Positions 39,111 to 50,414 are shown, numbered from the stretch's first letter. The stretch is 64,000 nt of DNA from Gemmatimonadota bacterium (GCA_039586795.1 JBDHJS010000004.1:64001-128000), one strand, 5' to 3'. Program-made: numbers and translations. Notes: a model not told the origin generated them from the sequence alone.

Positions 39111-39863
39111 ATGACCGTATCCCGCCCCCAGCAGCCTACTGGCTGGCAGGTGAAACCGGGCCGTTTCAAGCTGCGTCTTGGAGTTATCGGCGCGCTGCTA
39201 GCATCCGTGGCGCCGCTGGCCACGTGGGCGTGCCGGTCCGAAGGACCGCAGACGCAGGCCACCGGGGAAGAGCAGGCGGCGGAAGCACTGGTGAGGGCGG
39301 GAGCGTTCGCGTATGCCGGCGCCAGGCTGTACACGATCCGCGATGGTGTGACGAAGGTGCTGGCCGCCCTTCCGGGTGGCGGGCAGGCGCCGGATACGTT
39401 GGATGAGTGCGCGCCATCGATCCCAAACCTCGGGGCGGCCCGGTTTCGGGAGCTCGTCCCATCGCCCGATCCGAATTGGACGGCGTGGGAGACGGCGGGC
39501 GCAGGAGCCTGCGTCGGGGTCGCGGCTCGAGCCGCGGGTTCGGTCCAAATGCTCGGCCATTGGGCGGGCGCGGTTCCTGACAAGGTCATGTGGGCGCCGG
39601 CCGGACGCTTCCTGGCCGTGTGGCTGACGCACCCGGGGCAGCGGCGCAGCTTGGAGTTGTTCGACGCGGAGACGGCCGAGCGGCTCGAGATGCCATGGGA
39701 GGCGGAGTGCGGCCTCTCCGGCGGCTGCGATGTTTCGCGAGCATCTTGGGTTGGAGGGACGCTGCTGAACGTGGACATACGATTGGGGCCGGCGGAGCAA
39801 CCGGTACCCTTCGAAGTGAACGTCGCCGCTGCTACGCCGACCGGACAGGTCGAGGAGATCTGA
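39111..39863 (+). CDS. Hypothetical exported protein, possible lipoprotein
   Basis: Signal-like segment ending TWAC; WAP.GRFLAV TolB-like motif; start uncertain. Confidence 0.65.
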   Translation: MTVSRPQQPTGWQVKPGRFKLRLGVIGALLASVAPLATWACRSEGPQTQATGEEQAAEALVRAGAFAYAGARLYTIRDGVTKVLAALPGGGQAPDTLDECAPSIPNLGAARFRELVPSPDPNWTAWETAGAGACVGVAARAAGSVQMLGHWAGAVPDKVMWAPAGRFLAVWLTHPGQRRSLELFDAETAERLEMPWEAECGLSGGCDVSRASWVGGTLLNVDIRLGPAEQPVPFEVNVAAATPTGQVEEI

Positions 39864-39864
39864 G

Positions 39865-40227
39865 ATGACCGACACGTTTCTTCGGCGCCGAGTACAGCGC
39901 AAACTCGATGCGCTGCCCGACGAAAAGCTATACCAGGTTCTGGACTACATCGAGTTCCTCGAGGAGAGGTATGGCGAAGAACCTGATACGCCGGACACGA
40001 TGCAGCGTTTTGCCGAGGGTATACAGGACAAGCTGCGAGCGCGCCGCATGGCCCCCTGGGCGTTCAAAGGAGTGATGGGCGCGTTGAGTGTCGTGGACCG
40101 TGCCGTGGGGACAGCGGCCAAGACGGCCAGAGGTCTTGCGGATGAAATCGAGAAGGTAGGTCGTAAGGAGCCGGAGAAGTCGGATGACGAATCCGATGAG
40201 AACCCCACCAAGATCGTGATTGACTAG
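39865..40227 (+). CDS. Hypothetical protein (DUF2281-like N-terminus)
   Basis: LDALPDEKLYQVLDYIEFLEERY; SD GAGGAG. Confidence 0.72.
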   Translation: MTDTFLRRRVQRKLDALPDEKLYQVLDYIEFLEERYGEEPDTPDTMQRFAEGIQDKLRARRMAPWAFKGVMGALSVVDRAVGTAAKTARGLADEIEKVGRKEPEKSDDESDENPTKIVID

Positions 40228-40230
40228 CGC

Positions 40231-40599
40231 ATGTCGGTTTCGAGACGTATACGCGACCTGGTAAAGGGGATCCCGCACTTCCTTCTACTCCTTGTTCGGC
40301 TGATCGCAGACGGTCGTGTGTCGGCCGCCGACAAAGCGATTTTGGCGGCCGCTTTTGCGTATACGCTGACTCCCATAGATCTGATTCCTGATTTCATACC
40401 CTTGTTTGGCCAGGTCGATGACCTGTTCTTTCTTGCTCTAGCGATCGATCGATTGGTGACAAACGCGGGACCGGAGTTGGTGCGCGACCATTGGGATGGC
40501 CCGGAAGAGATGCTCGTCTTGTTGTGTGGAAGCCTGGACGACCTGGCTGATCGGCTACCGGAACCCGTCAGGGCGCGCCTGAAGAGGGCGGCCGATTGA
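40231..40599 (+). CDS. YkvA / DUF1232 family membrane protein
   Basis: YTLTPIDLIPDFIPLFGQVDD. Confidence 0.9.
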   Translation: MSVSRRIRDLVKGIPHFLLLLVRLIADGRVSAADKAILAAAFAYTLTPIDLIPDFIPLFGQVDDLFFLALAIDRLVTNAGPELVRDHWDGPEEMLVLLCGSLDDLADRLPEPVRARLKRAAD

Positions 40600-40633
40600 G
40601 GGTTTCGGACTGGGGAAAGCCGGCTTTGCAGCA

Positions 40634-40662
40634 TTGACAGGCCAGCGGGGGCAAGCCAAATT
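40634..40662 (+). promoter_or_regulatory. Possible guaB promoter
   Basis: TTGACA-17 nt-CAAATT; the -10 match is weak. Confidence 0.4.
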
Positions 40663-40685
40663 CCCCCATGGAAACTGGAAGATGA

Positions 40686-42221
<1,536 letters not shown>

Positions 42222-42236
42222 CAGGCGATATCAGCG

Positions 42237-42265
42237 TTGACACGAGGTAGGAGCTGCTCTAATTT
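42237..42265 (+). promoter_or_regulatory. Sigma70-type promoter
   Basis: TTGACA-17 nt-TAATTT. Confidence 0.55.
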
Positions 42266-42346
42266 GCTTGTGTGGTTGAGCTTACGGGCCTGCCGCTTCC
42301 CCCCGGCACCTTGTGGAAGCCTCACACGATTCCCACCGGAGTGGCG

Positions 42347-42784
42347 ATGAAGACTCCCTGGCAAGAAGGATCGAACCGCGAGCGCGTCAAGCTGGTCGAT
42401 GCGAGGTTAGAGCATAGCGCCGATAATCGGGCTTACGCCGAAATCGCGCTGGAATGGAAAGCCGTTGAGTATCGCGGCAGTGCCACCGAGCATGGACATG
42501 GTGCGATCGACCTGCGGGTTTGCGTGCAGGCCACGTTGGAGGCGCTACACAAGCTTCTGGGCGGTCGAGACGTCTTTCGCTTGGTCGGCGTGAAGTCAGT
42601 GAAGGCCTTTGATGACTCGGTGGCGATCGTGGCACTCGGAGTAGCGGATCCGGAAACTGGGAGCGCCCGGCGATTGATCGGAACGGCGCCAGCCAGCGAG
42701 GACAACACTCCGATGGGTGTGGCGCGGGCGGTCCTCAACGCCACCAACCGCGTGCTGGGGAACTTCCTGGCGACTAGCGAATAG
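42347..42784 (+). CDS. Hypothetical protein, possibly LeuA regulatory-domain-like fold
   Basis: SD GGAG; two beta-beta-beta-alpha units ending ATLEALHK and AVLNATNR. Confidence 0.7.
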   Translation: MKTPWQEGSNRERVKLVDARLEHSADNRAYAEIALEWKAVEYRGSATEHGHGAIDLRVCVQATLEALHKLLGGRDVFRLVGVKSVKAFDDSVAIVALGVADPETGSARRLIGTAPASEDNTPMGVARAVLNATNRVLGNFLATSE

Positions 42785-42843
42785 GAGGATGCTGGCGTCG
42801 GGCTCCGGACTCTAAAACGTTTTCCCTAAACCAATGCTACGTA

Positions 42844-43968
42844 ATGGGCGTGACACCACCGCCGTTTGAACCACCACGTCGAATTCTGATGGGTCCCGGG
42901 CCCTCGAACGTGAGCACGCGAGTACTTGACGCGATGGCTCGACCAACGGTGGGTCATCTCGATCCCGAGTTCCTGGAGATGATGAACCAGGTCTCCGATA
43001 TGCTGCGTCAGCTGTTTGGGACAAAGAATGACCTAACGTTCGCCGTCTCGGCGACAGGCTCCGCCGGAATGGAGATGGCGTTCGTCAACGTGCTCGAGCC
43101 GGGCGACACGGCGATCGTCGGTGTGAACGGCGTATTCGGGCATCGCATGTGCTCGGTGGCCCAGCGAGCCGGCGCCAACGTCATCGTGGTGGAAGCGCCG
43201 TGGGGCGAGCCGTCAGATGTTGGTGCGCTGATCGATGCTCAGAAGGCGCACCCGGATGCCAGGCTACTGGCGGTTGTGCATGCGGAGACGTCGACCGGGG
43301 CGCGGCAACCGCTGGAGGAGATTGGCGCTCATCTCCGCGGCAGCGATACGCTCTTCCTGGTAGATGCAGTAACAAGCCTGGGTGGCATTCCCGTGCAGGT
43401 GGACGACTGGGGCATTGATATCTGCTACTCGGGCACACAGAAATGCTTGAGCGTACCGCCCGGCCTCTCACCGATCACGTTCTCCGACCGTGCCGTGGCC
43501 CGAGCGAAGTCGCGCGAACCAGCCGTGCAGAGCTGGTACCTGGACATCAACCTCATCGCTTCCTATTGGGGCGGCGAGCGTGCGTATCACCACACGGCAC
43601 CGATCAACGCCCTCTACGGTTTACATGAGGGTCTGAGGATCGTGTTGGAGGAAGGGCTCGAGGCACGATACCTGCGGCATTCCACTTTGGGTGCGGCTTT
43701 GCAGCAGGGTCTCACAGAGCGTGGGCTGGATCTGCTGGTGTCCGAGCGCTACAGGTTGCCGCAACTGACATCGGTCCGGCTGGGTGGCGGCATAGATGAT
43801 CAATCGCTCCGCCGGGCCCTGCTCGAGCGGTACGATATCGAGATTGGAGGCGGTCTGGGGCCGCTGGCTGGTGGTGTCTGGCGAATCGGTCTTATGGGCG
43901 AGACCTGCCGCGCGGACAACGTGACGGCGTTCCTTGGCGCGTTGGATGAACTGATGGAGGTCGGGTGA
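42844..43968 (+). CDS. Alanine-glyoxylate / serine-pyruvate aminotransferase (class V)
   Basis: LMGPGPS, VHAETSTG, DAVTSLGG, SGTQKCLS.PPG, YHHT, WRIGLMG. Confidence 0.93.
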   Translation: MGVTPPPFEPPRRILMGPGPSNVSTRVLDAMARPTVGHLDPEFLEMMNQVSDMLRQLFGTKNDLTFAVSATGSAGMEMAFVNVLEPGDTAIVGVNGVFGHRMCSVAQRAGANVIVVEAPWGEPSDVGALIDAQKAHPDARLLAVVHAETSTGARQPLEEIGAHLRGSDTLFLVDAVTSLGGIPVQVDDWGIDICYSGTQKCLSVPPGLSPITFSDRAVARAKSREPAVQSWYLDINLIASYWGGERAYHHTAPINALYGLHEGLRIVLEEGLEARYLRHSTLGAALQQGLTERGLDLLVSERYRLPQLTSVRLGGGIDDQSLRRALLERYDIEIGGGLGPLAGGVWRIGLMGETCRADNVTAFLGALDELMEVG

Positions 43969-45455
43969 TCAAGGTGACTGGCTGGCAGCGAGCATGCACC
44001 GTTGCCGTCGCGACAGTTGCGGCGGCGTGTGCTACTAGGGGTGCCGATCCGGCGCCCGAGCCGTCAGCGCCTGCCCAGGAGGCAACCACAGAAGTCACCT
44101 TCGAGGGCTTTCCGGACACGCTCGAGGTGGCCCTGGCTGAGATCGTAGATAGCGCTACCGCGGCCAGCAATGCGGAGGTCGAGGCGGAAGTCCGGGAGAT
44201 GTTCGGCGACAGCGAGCTTGTCGAACTCGAGGAGTTGGAGCAGCCCGAGGCTGATATTCCGAGCTGGGATATCCCGATCACGATCAACGATGCGGTCGAG
44301 CGCTGGTTGGAATACTTCCAAACGCGTGGGCGGGAGAACTTCGCCATCTACCTGAGCCGTGCCGGCCGGTACGAGCCGATGATGAGGTCTATGTTCCGGG
44401 ATGCTGGTCTGCCCGAGGACCTGGTCTACATCTCTTTGATCGAGAGTGGATTCAGCCCCCGCGCCTATAGTCGTGCCCGTGCTGTTGGCCTCTGGCAGTT
44501 CATATCGAGCACCGGTCGCCTCTACGACCTACAGATCTCGTATTGGATAGATCAGCGTCGTGACCCGATCCTGGCCACCAAAGCCGCTGCGGCTCACCTC
44601 AAAGACCTGTATGAGGAGTTCGGCTCCTGGTATCTGGCGGCAGCGGCCTACAACGGTGGACCGACGCGGGTCAGAAGAGGGATCCGCCGCACCGGTTCGG
44701 ACGACTTTTGGACGCTCTCCGCGAGACGCTACCTGCGCCGCGAAACGCGCAATTACGTACCCAAATTGATCGCCGCTGCACTGATCGCGAAACAACCGGA
44801 GCATTTCGGTTTCCACGATATCGAGCAGGCCGAGCCGATGGCCTACGAGATCGTTCAGGTTCCCGATGCGACCAGCCTGGACGTCATCGCCGACGCCGCC
44901 GGAGTTTCGGTGCAGGAGATCATGGAGCTCAATCCTCAGATCCTCAGGGGCGTGACTCCTCCCGGACAGGCCTATTCACTGAGGGTGCCTCCGGCGACGA
45001 GTCACCGGTTCGCGTTGGCCTACGCGGCGGTGCCGCCTGATGAGCGGGTCACGTGGGTTCAGCACGTGGTTCGCCGTGGCGACACGCTGGGTAAGCTCGC
45101 GCGTGACTACGGGGTCAGCGTATCGTCGATCCGTGCCGCCAACAACAACGTGGATCCGCGGCGTCTGCGGGTCGGCCAGCGACTCGTGATTCCTCGCGCT
45201 GGCCGCATCCCCCAATACGCGTCGGCAACGCCAACCGTCCGCAGAAGCACCAGCAATACACAGCCAACTCGAGTTGAGCCCCAGACCCCCGATGGCCCCT
45301 TCATCACCTATACAGTGCAGGGCGGTGACAGCCTGTGGATCATCGCCAAGCGCTACGACGTTACGGCCCGGGACCTGATGCGCTGGAACGGTCTGACCAG
45401 TAGTCGCATCTATCCCGGCGACGAGGTCAAGATCTACGTCGGCAGTAACCGTTGA
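43965..45455 (+). CDS. mltD: MltD-like lytic transglycosylase lipoprotein with LysM domains
   Basis: Lipobox AAAC, IESGF, AVGLWQF, AAYNGG, ETRNYVPK, two C-terminal LysM repeats. Confidence 0.88.
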   Translation: MIKVTGWQRACTVAVATVAAACATRGADPAPEPSAPAQEATTEVTFEGFPDTLEVALAEIVDSATAASNAEVEAEVREMFGDSELVELEELEQPEADIPSWDIPITINDAVERWLEYFQTRGRENFAIYLSRAGRYEPMMRSMFRDAGLPEDLVYISLIESGFSPRAYSRARAVGLWQFISSTGRLYDLQISYWIDQRRDPILATKAAAAHLKDLYEEFGSWYLAAAAYNGGPTRVRRGIRRTGSDDFWTLSARRYLRRETRNYVPKLIAAALIAKQPEHFGFHDIEQAEPMAYEIVQVPDATSLDVIADAAGVSVQEIMELNPQILRGVTPPGQAYSLRVPPATSHRFALAYAAVPPDERVTWVQHVVRRGDTLGKLARDYGVSVSSIRAANNNVDPRRLRVGQRLVIPRAGRIPQYASATPTVRRSTSNTQPTRVEPQTPDGPFITYTVQGGDSLWIIAKRYDVTARDLMRWNGLTSSRIYPGDEVKIYVGSNR

Positions 45456-45562
45456 GATTCGGGGATTCGGAGCTTACGAGATTCGGTGTTGGTTGTTTGG
45501 CGACCATTGAACTTGCAGACGCTACGAGTACCCTCACGGTCGATGTACGACCAACATCGAGA

Positions 45563-45666
45563 GTCGAGCGTCGATCGCCGAACAGGAAGTGAACGTCGAG
45601 CGCCGGCTGTCTGCTGTCGGCTGTCGAGATAAGAAAAGGCCGGCTCAAAGAGCCGGCCTTTATCCT
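45563..45666. repeat. 104-bp dispersed intergenic repeat, copy 1
   Basis: 97 of 104 positions identical to 63720-63823 by manual alignment; same orientation. Confidence 0.92.
45635..45661. terminator. Bidirectional intrinsic terminator
   Basis: AAAGGCCGGCTC-AAA-GAGCCGGCCTTT between convergent genes; TTTTCTT tail on the - strand. Confidence 0.85.
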
Positions 45667-45688
45667 CTATCGTCTATACCTCCGCCGC

Positions 45689-46372
45689 CTATTCTCCCAA
45701 GACCGCCTTCGCATATCCGTTGGCCGGATCAATCCCAAGCGCCATGAGATCGCCTACGCGACCGGGTCCCCGGTTATAGGCGAGCAGCGCAAGCCGCGTA
45801 TCCTGGTTGTACTCGTCCAGCAGATACTTCAGATAACGGAACCCGAGGTGCAGGTTGATCTCGGCGTTGAACAGGTCCTTTGCCTCTACCGTCGGGTCCA
45901 GCCATTTGGCCGTGCTGGGACGGACCTGAGTATAGCCGATCGCCCCTGCCGAGCTGACAGCTCTTCGCTTGAACCCGCTCTCTACCCGAACCAGGTTGAA
46001 CGCCAGTTCCGGATTCAGCCGCTCGGCCAGAGCGATGTCGTAGATCAGCATCGCCCGATCCGCGGGTATCCGGTACTCGCTGGAATAGGCCTGGACGACG
46101 CTCAGACGCTCCGCCTCCAACGACTTGAGCTCCAACTCACTCCGCAGGTCGTGGTTCTCCGCCGCCATCAGCGTGAGCTCGTTTCCTAGCTGCTCCGCTG
46201 CCGGGTTCGACGCCGTCGGCAGACCCGTCGCGAGCACTGCCACGCCAAGTGCCCCGGCCACCAACAACAAGGCCCAGACCGGTAGCGGCACTTCCGACAA
46301 TCGCAGGCTCAGCGGCCACCTTATCGAGACCGCTGGATCCTTCCACGTCGATGTATTCGAATAGTATCTCAT
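45689..46372 (-). CDS. Membrane-anchored SLT-domain lytic transglycosylase
   Basis: VESGF, GAIGYTQV, ALLAYNRGP; N-terminal TM and coiled coil. Confidence 0.88.
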   Translation of the reverse strand: MRYYSNTSTWKDPAVSIRWPLSLRLSEVPLPVWALLLVAGALGVAVLATGLPTASNPAAEQLGNELTLMAAENHDLRSELELKSLEAERLSVVQAYSSEYRIPADRAMLIYDIALAERLNPELAFNLVRVESGFKRRAVSSAGAIGYTQVRPSTAKWLDPTVEAKDLFNAEINLHLGFRYLKYLLDEYNQDTRLALLAYNRGPGRVGDLMALGIDPANGYAKAVLGE

Positions 46373-46688
46373 TCCACTTCTATTATGTTGACCTGTCACG
46401 ATCCTCCCACCTTCCTGGCACAGCCCTGGCATCGGTGCTCACAGGCCCGCTGCACCCTACGGCTGCGCCGGTGGCCGAGTTTCCGCTCGCTGACCCCGTT
46501 CTGCTGTGGTGAACTACCGTCCAATACGTAGACGGACTCCAGCCTGTCTCCTTGCTGGGGATTTCGCCCACAACCGGGCCAAAGGCGGGTACTGGAAGGA
46601 TCGTACAGAATCCTACAGCTTTGGCCACACCACTTTCCCCATCACCACACTCCGCTCGCGTCCCCTGGCTTCGGCCATTCTTCGGCTT

Positions 46689-47183
46689 TTACGCCTCAGT
46701 CCGTCTCCAGGTTCCACTGCGGCCGCCACTCTTCTCGACCAGTCGGATGGAGCCGATCTCCATCCCGCGGTCGAGTGCCTTGCACATGTCGTAAACGGTG
46801 AGCAAGGCGGCGCTGGTTGCGACCAGCGCTTCCATCTCGGCTCCGGTCCGACCGGTCAGGTCGGCTCGCGCCGTGACTGTAACTCCGGGAAGGTCATCTA
46901 CTAGCGTCAAAGATACATCAATTCTGTCGATTGCAAGAGAGTGGCACAAAGGTATCCACTCTGCCGTCCGCTTGGCTGCCGCGATGCCGGCGATCTTCGC
47001 GACGGTGAGGACGTCCCCCTTCTCCACCTCGTTTTGGCGGATGGCGGCCAGCGTATCCGGTTCCATCCGGATCCAGCCTTCGGCGGTGGCCGAGCGACGA
47101 GTCGGATCTTTGTCTCCGATGTCCACCATGCGGGCCGCACCGTGCTCGTCGAGATGTGTGAGTCTTCGTTTTTCGTCCGCCAT
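46689..47183 (-). CDS. moaC: Cyclic pyranopterin monophosphate synthase MoaC
   Basis: LTHLD...ARMVD, IPLCH, GAEMEAL, YDMCKA, KSGGRSG. Confidence 0.96.
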   Translation of the reverse strand: MADEKRRLTHLDEHGAARMVDIGDKDPTRRSATAEGWIRMEPDTLAAIRQNEVEKGDVLTVAKIAGIAAAKRTAEWIPLCHSLAIDRIDVSLTLVDDLPGVTVTARADLTGRTGAEMEALVATSAALLTVYDMCKALDRGMEIGSIRLVEKSGGRSGTWRRTEA

Positions 47184-47184
47184 C

Positions 47185-48345
47185 TTACGGCCTGCCCCCG
47201 CTGCCGGCGTGGTGCACGGTGGGTGCGCCTCGTCTAACGCTGGCGCGGCGCAAAAGGTTCACGACGACCAACTGGGGATTGACGTTCCGATCTGCGAGCG
47301 ACCGAGCGTCCTCGAGAACCTCGAGGGCGTGCACCAGCCGGCTCGCATCCAGGTCGGTCTCGATCTTCAGGCGCGCGATGGCTTCCGGATCGGAGGCCTC
47401 GGAGCCGGCCGCCACCGCCAGCAAGTCGCGAAGCAGGTTGCGCGCCTCGCTGAGGACTCTGGAGAAGTTGCCTCGGGCGCCGAACGATTTGTAGCTGTGG
47501 GCCACCCCGAGGCGGGCGACGAACCGGCCGTCCAGAAGGGCGCGTACCAATTCGAGAGCGCCCTCCCTCCCGCCGTCGGTCTCCTCGCTCTGGATATCGA
47601 TGGCGACACCGATAGAGCCACCGCTGAGACGGGCCGTCTTCTGCGCCTGCGCCGGCGGAACGTCCAGCCTGTCGCTGATAAACTCCGCAATGTTACCTGA
47701 GCTGAGCGGTGGTACGCGAATCGACTGAACCCGTGACCGAATGGTCGGCAGCAGGGCCCCGGGCACATCGCTTGTCAGGATCAGCGTCGTATCAGCGGGA
47801 GGTTCCTCGAGAAGCTTCAACAAGGCGTTTGCGGCTTCCGGGTTGGCGGCCTGGGGAACCAGCGATTCGGCACGTCCGATGATGAGGATCTTTGAGGGCC
47901 CCATGGCCGGCGCCTTGTAAGCGTGTTGTCGCATGGTCTGCACCGCGGCGACGTAGATACCGGTCGCGCCTTCGTCCTCTTCGCCCAGGTAGAGAAGGTT
48001 TTCGCGTCGCTCCGCCAGCACGTCGGCCCGGGACTCCTCCAGCTTCTGCCGGAGCTTGTCCGGTCCGGAAGCACGTTTTGGTCTGGGAAGCGGAAAGAAC
48101 CAGTGTATATCGGGATGCTGGAGCCCGGCAGCGAGTCGACAGGAGCGGCATTCGCCACAGGGTCTAGCTGATTCGTGTTCGCAATTGATCGCGGCGGCCG
48201 TCCAGACCGCCAGGCGTTGCTTGCCTACGCCACGGGGACCGTACAGGAGCAGCGACTGACCCAGACGACCCGACAGGATCGCGCTGACAAGTCGGTCCTT
48301 GGTGTCCTCGTGCCCAAAGACGCTCAAGTAGCCGGGCTCAGCCAC
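47185..48345 (-). CDS. holB: DNA polymerase III delta-prime subunit
   Basis: GPRGVGK, PCGECRSC, HPD, ANALLKLLEEPP, LPTIRSR. Confidence 0.9.
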   Translation of the reverse strand: MAEPGYLSVFGHEDTKDRLVSAILSGRLGQSLLLYGPRGVGKQRLAVWTAAAINCEHESARPCGECRSCRLAAGLQHPDIHWFFPLPRPKRASGPDKLRQKLEESRADVLAERRENLLYLGEEDEGATGIYVAAVQTMRQHAYKAPAMGPSKILIIGRAESLVPQAANPEAANALLKLLEEPPADTTLILTSDVPGALLPTIRSRVQSIRVPPLSSGNIAEFISDRLDVPPAQAQKTARLSGGSIGVAIDIQSEETDGGREGALELVRALLDGRFVARLGVAHSYKSFGARGNFSRVLSEARNLLRDLLAVAAGSEASDPEAIARLKIETDLDASRLVHALEVLEDARSLADRNVNPQLVVVNLLRRASVRRGAPTVHHAGSGGRP

Positions 48346-49558
48346 TTGGCCTCTGCTTGAGCCAGATCAGCGGATCGAAGGTCTCCCGATTGAAGCGAAT
48401 CTGGAATTCCAGGTGCGAGCCCTCAGGTGTTGCGGATCCACCTACTCGACCGACCATCTGGCCGAGAATCACTGCCTCCCCCTGCACGACTACGATTTCC
48501 GAAAGGTAGAGATACAGCGAGTAGTAGCCGCCGCCGTGGTGGATGATGACGGACGGTCCGAAACCCATGAACGACTGAGCGAGCACAACCGTTCCGCCGG
48601 CGACGGCCTGAACCGGGGTTCCCTCTTCAGCGGCGATCCCTACACCGTTTCGCAGGATGACCGTACCGTCTGGATATCGCTGCTGTCCGTAGCGGTAGAT
48701 GAGGCGGCCCGCCACTGGCCAGTCCAGGTTTCCCCGTTCAGCATCCGTCACGGTCCCCCGGGTCGGCGCGGACATCGCAAGGGCCTCCGCCGCTTCGCGC
48801 TCGCGCTCCAGCCGGTCGATCAGGCCGCCGAGCTCTTGCTCGTCATCCTCCAGGGCCGCAATCTGTAGCTCGGTTGTGGCCTGTATGCCCTGGACCGAGC
48901 GGAGCCTGCGATTTCGCTCGTTCTCCAGGAAGTAGAGATCCTGGATCTCGCTGACCTTGTCGTTCCGAACCTCCCGCAGTCCGTCGGCTTCGCGACGCAG
49001 GTCGTCATACTTCTCGACCAGTACGTCCTTAAGCGCGGCGATTTGACGCACCAGAAGCCGATCGTGAAGCGCCACCAGATAGAGATACTGATAGCGGTTG
49101 ATCAGATCGGAGAAGCTCTCTGCAGCCAGAAGAACCTGCACATTGATCAACGGCCCGCGCTTATACAGATCGCGCGCCCGTCGTGCGAAGAGTACGTTCT
49201 TTTCGGTCAGCTGATCCTGGGTACGTAGCAAGTCGGCGACCGACTCGGCTACCTGCTGATCGCGTATCGTCAGCTGGTGATCAAGTTCTCGCAGGAGCGC
49301 TTCCTGGTTCCGCGTCTGCGAGTTGAGGTTATCGATCTCCTCGCGAACGTCGTGGACCTGGGCCTCGAGGGCGTTCATCTCGGACCGCAGACGCTCTTTC
49401 TCAGCCAGTATCTGGTCCAGCCGCTCCCGACTGAGCTGGATTTGCTCCTCCAGCGGCTGAACCGGGTCCTCCTGTTGGGCGGCGGCGCCTGTAACCCCGA
49501 ACAGCATGGCCACGGCGACCAGCGACAGAGCGCGCGGAGTGAAGGATATCCTAGACAT
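48338..49558 (-). CDS. envC: EnvC-like murein hydrolase activator (coiled coil plus degenerate M23)
   Basis: Signal peptide, long coiled coil, WPVAG, M23 fold lacking most zinc ligands; follows ftsEX. Confidence 0.82.
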   Translation of the reverse strand: MSRISFTPRALSLVAVAMLFGVTGAAAQQEDPVQPLEEQIQLSRERLDQILAEKERLRSEMNALEAQVHDVREEIDNLNSQTRNQEALLRELDHQLTIRDQQVAESVADLLRTQDQLTEKNVLFARRARDLYKRGPLINVQVLLAAESFSDLINRYQYLYLVALHDRLLVRQIAALKDVLVEKYDDLRREADGLREVRNDKVSEIQDLYFLENERNRRLRSVQGIQATTELQIAALEDDEQELGGLIDRLEREREAAEALAMSAPTRGTVTDAERGNLDWPVAGRLIYRYGQQRYPDGTVILRNGVGIAAEEGTPVQAVAGGTVVLAQSFMGFGPSVIIHHGGGYYSLYLYLSEIVVVQGEAVILGQMVGRVGGSATPEGSHLEFQIRFNRETFDPLIWLKQRPSG

Positions 49559-50414
49559 AAGACGCCATCTGACGCCGGAGTGCCGCGGCGCTTGCACCCA
49601 GCCCCAGGAATGCCCCGGCCAGGACACCGAAAGCGCTCCAGGTCGTGGGCAGCCATTCCAGATCAATGAGCGAGCCGTCCACGATGAGGAACGAGCCATA
49701 GGTCAGGAGAATCGCCAGCACCCCACCGACGAGTCCGGTGACGAACCCTTCGAGCAGGAAGGGCCGGCGGATGAAGCCGTCGGTGGCGCCCACCAGTCGC
49801 ATGATGATGATTTCCTCGCGGCGTGCCATGACGGCCATTCTCACCGTGGTGCCGATGATCATGATAGCTACGACAGCGAAGGCGATGCCGAGTATGGCGG
49901 CGACGGCGCCGCCGAGGCGGCGGAGCTGGAAGATCTTGTCGACCCACTCGCGCCCATATTGGACGTCCTCGACGAACGGATAGAGCCCGATCAGCTCTGC
50001 CACACGGCCCACCGATTCGGGGTCCCGGAAGTCGGGCTTCATTTGGACCTCGATCGATGCGGGCAGCGGGTTCATCTCCAGGTCGGTGAACACGTCGCGG
50101 AATTCCTGCAACTGCTGCATCGCGTCTCGCATCGCCTCGAACTTCGAAACGTGCGTAACATTCTCTACCTCGGCAAACGAGCGGACATCGTTCTGCAGCA
50201 ACTCGAGCTGGGCGGACGTGATGTCGTCGGCCAAGTAAGCCACGACTTCAACGCGGCGTTCGATGGCGCGAAGCGTAACGTCCACGTTGTACGTGACCAG
50301 CGCGAACGTGCCAAGCACAAAGAGGCTCAGGCCGATGCTGGTCGCCGAGAGCAGCACCAGAGCGGGCGCCCGGCGATACGCGGCTACCGCTTCGCGAATG
50401 CTATGCGTCGTCAT
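49551..50414 (-). CDS. ftsX: Cell division permease FtsX
   Basis: NPLPAS, RREEIIIMRLVGAT..FIRRPFLLEG. Confidence 0.93.
   Translation of the reverse strand: MTTHSIREAVAAYRRAPALVLLSATSIGLSLFVLGTFALVTYNVDVTLRAIERRVEVVAYLADDITSAQLELLQNDVRSFAEVENVTHVSKFEAMRDAMQQLQEFRDVFTDLEMNPLPASIEVQMKPDFRDPESVGRVAELIGLYPFVEDVQYGREWVDKIFQLRRLGGAVAAILGIAFAVVAIMIIGTTVRMAVMARREEIIIMRLVGATDGFIRRPFLLEGFVTGLVGGVLAILLTYGSFLIVDGSLIDLEWLPTTWSAFGVLAGAFLGLGASAAALRRQMASYV

Noticed and set aside
38502..39863. Single 453-aa fusion protein
   Set aside because: The first ~70 codons are antisense to the SDR. It is better read as a tyrA relic plus a separate gene from about 39111.
45427..45648. Similar short minus-strand ORFs here and at 63653-63835 (SRPFLISTADS...)
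   Set aside because: The similarity comes from the shared DNA repeat, starts differ, and the frames run through a terminator.
46373..46688. c-di-AMP (ydaO) or Moco riboswitch
   Set aside because: The conserved c-di-AMP elements (GGGGGAACC, CCCGUCAGCUAAC) are not found, and the region is downstream of moaC rather than upstream.
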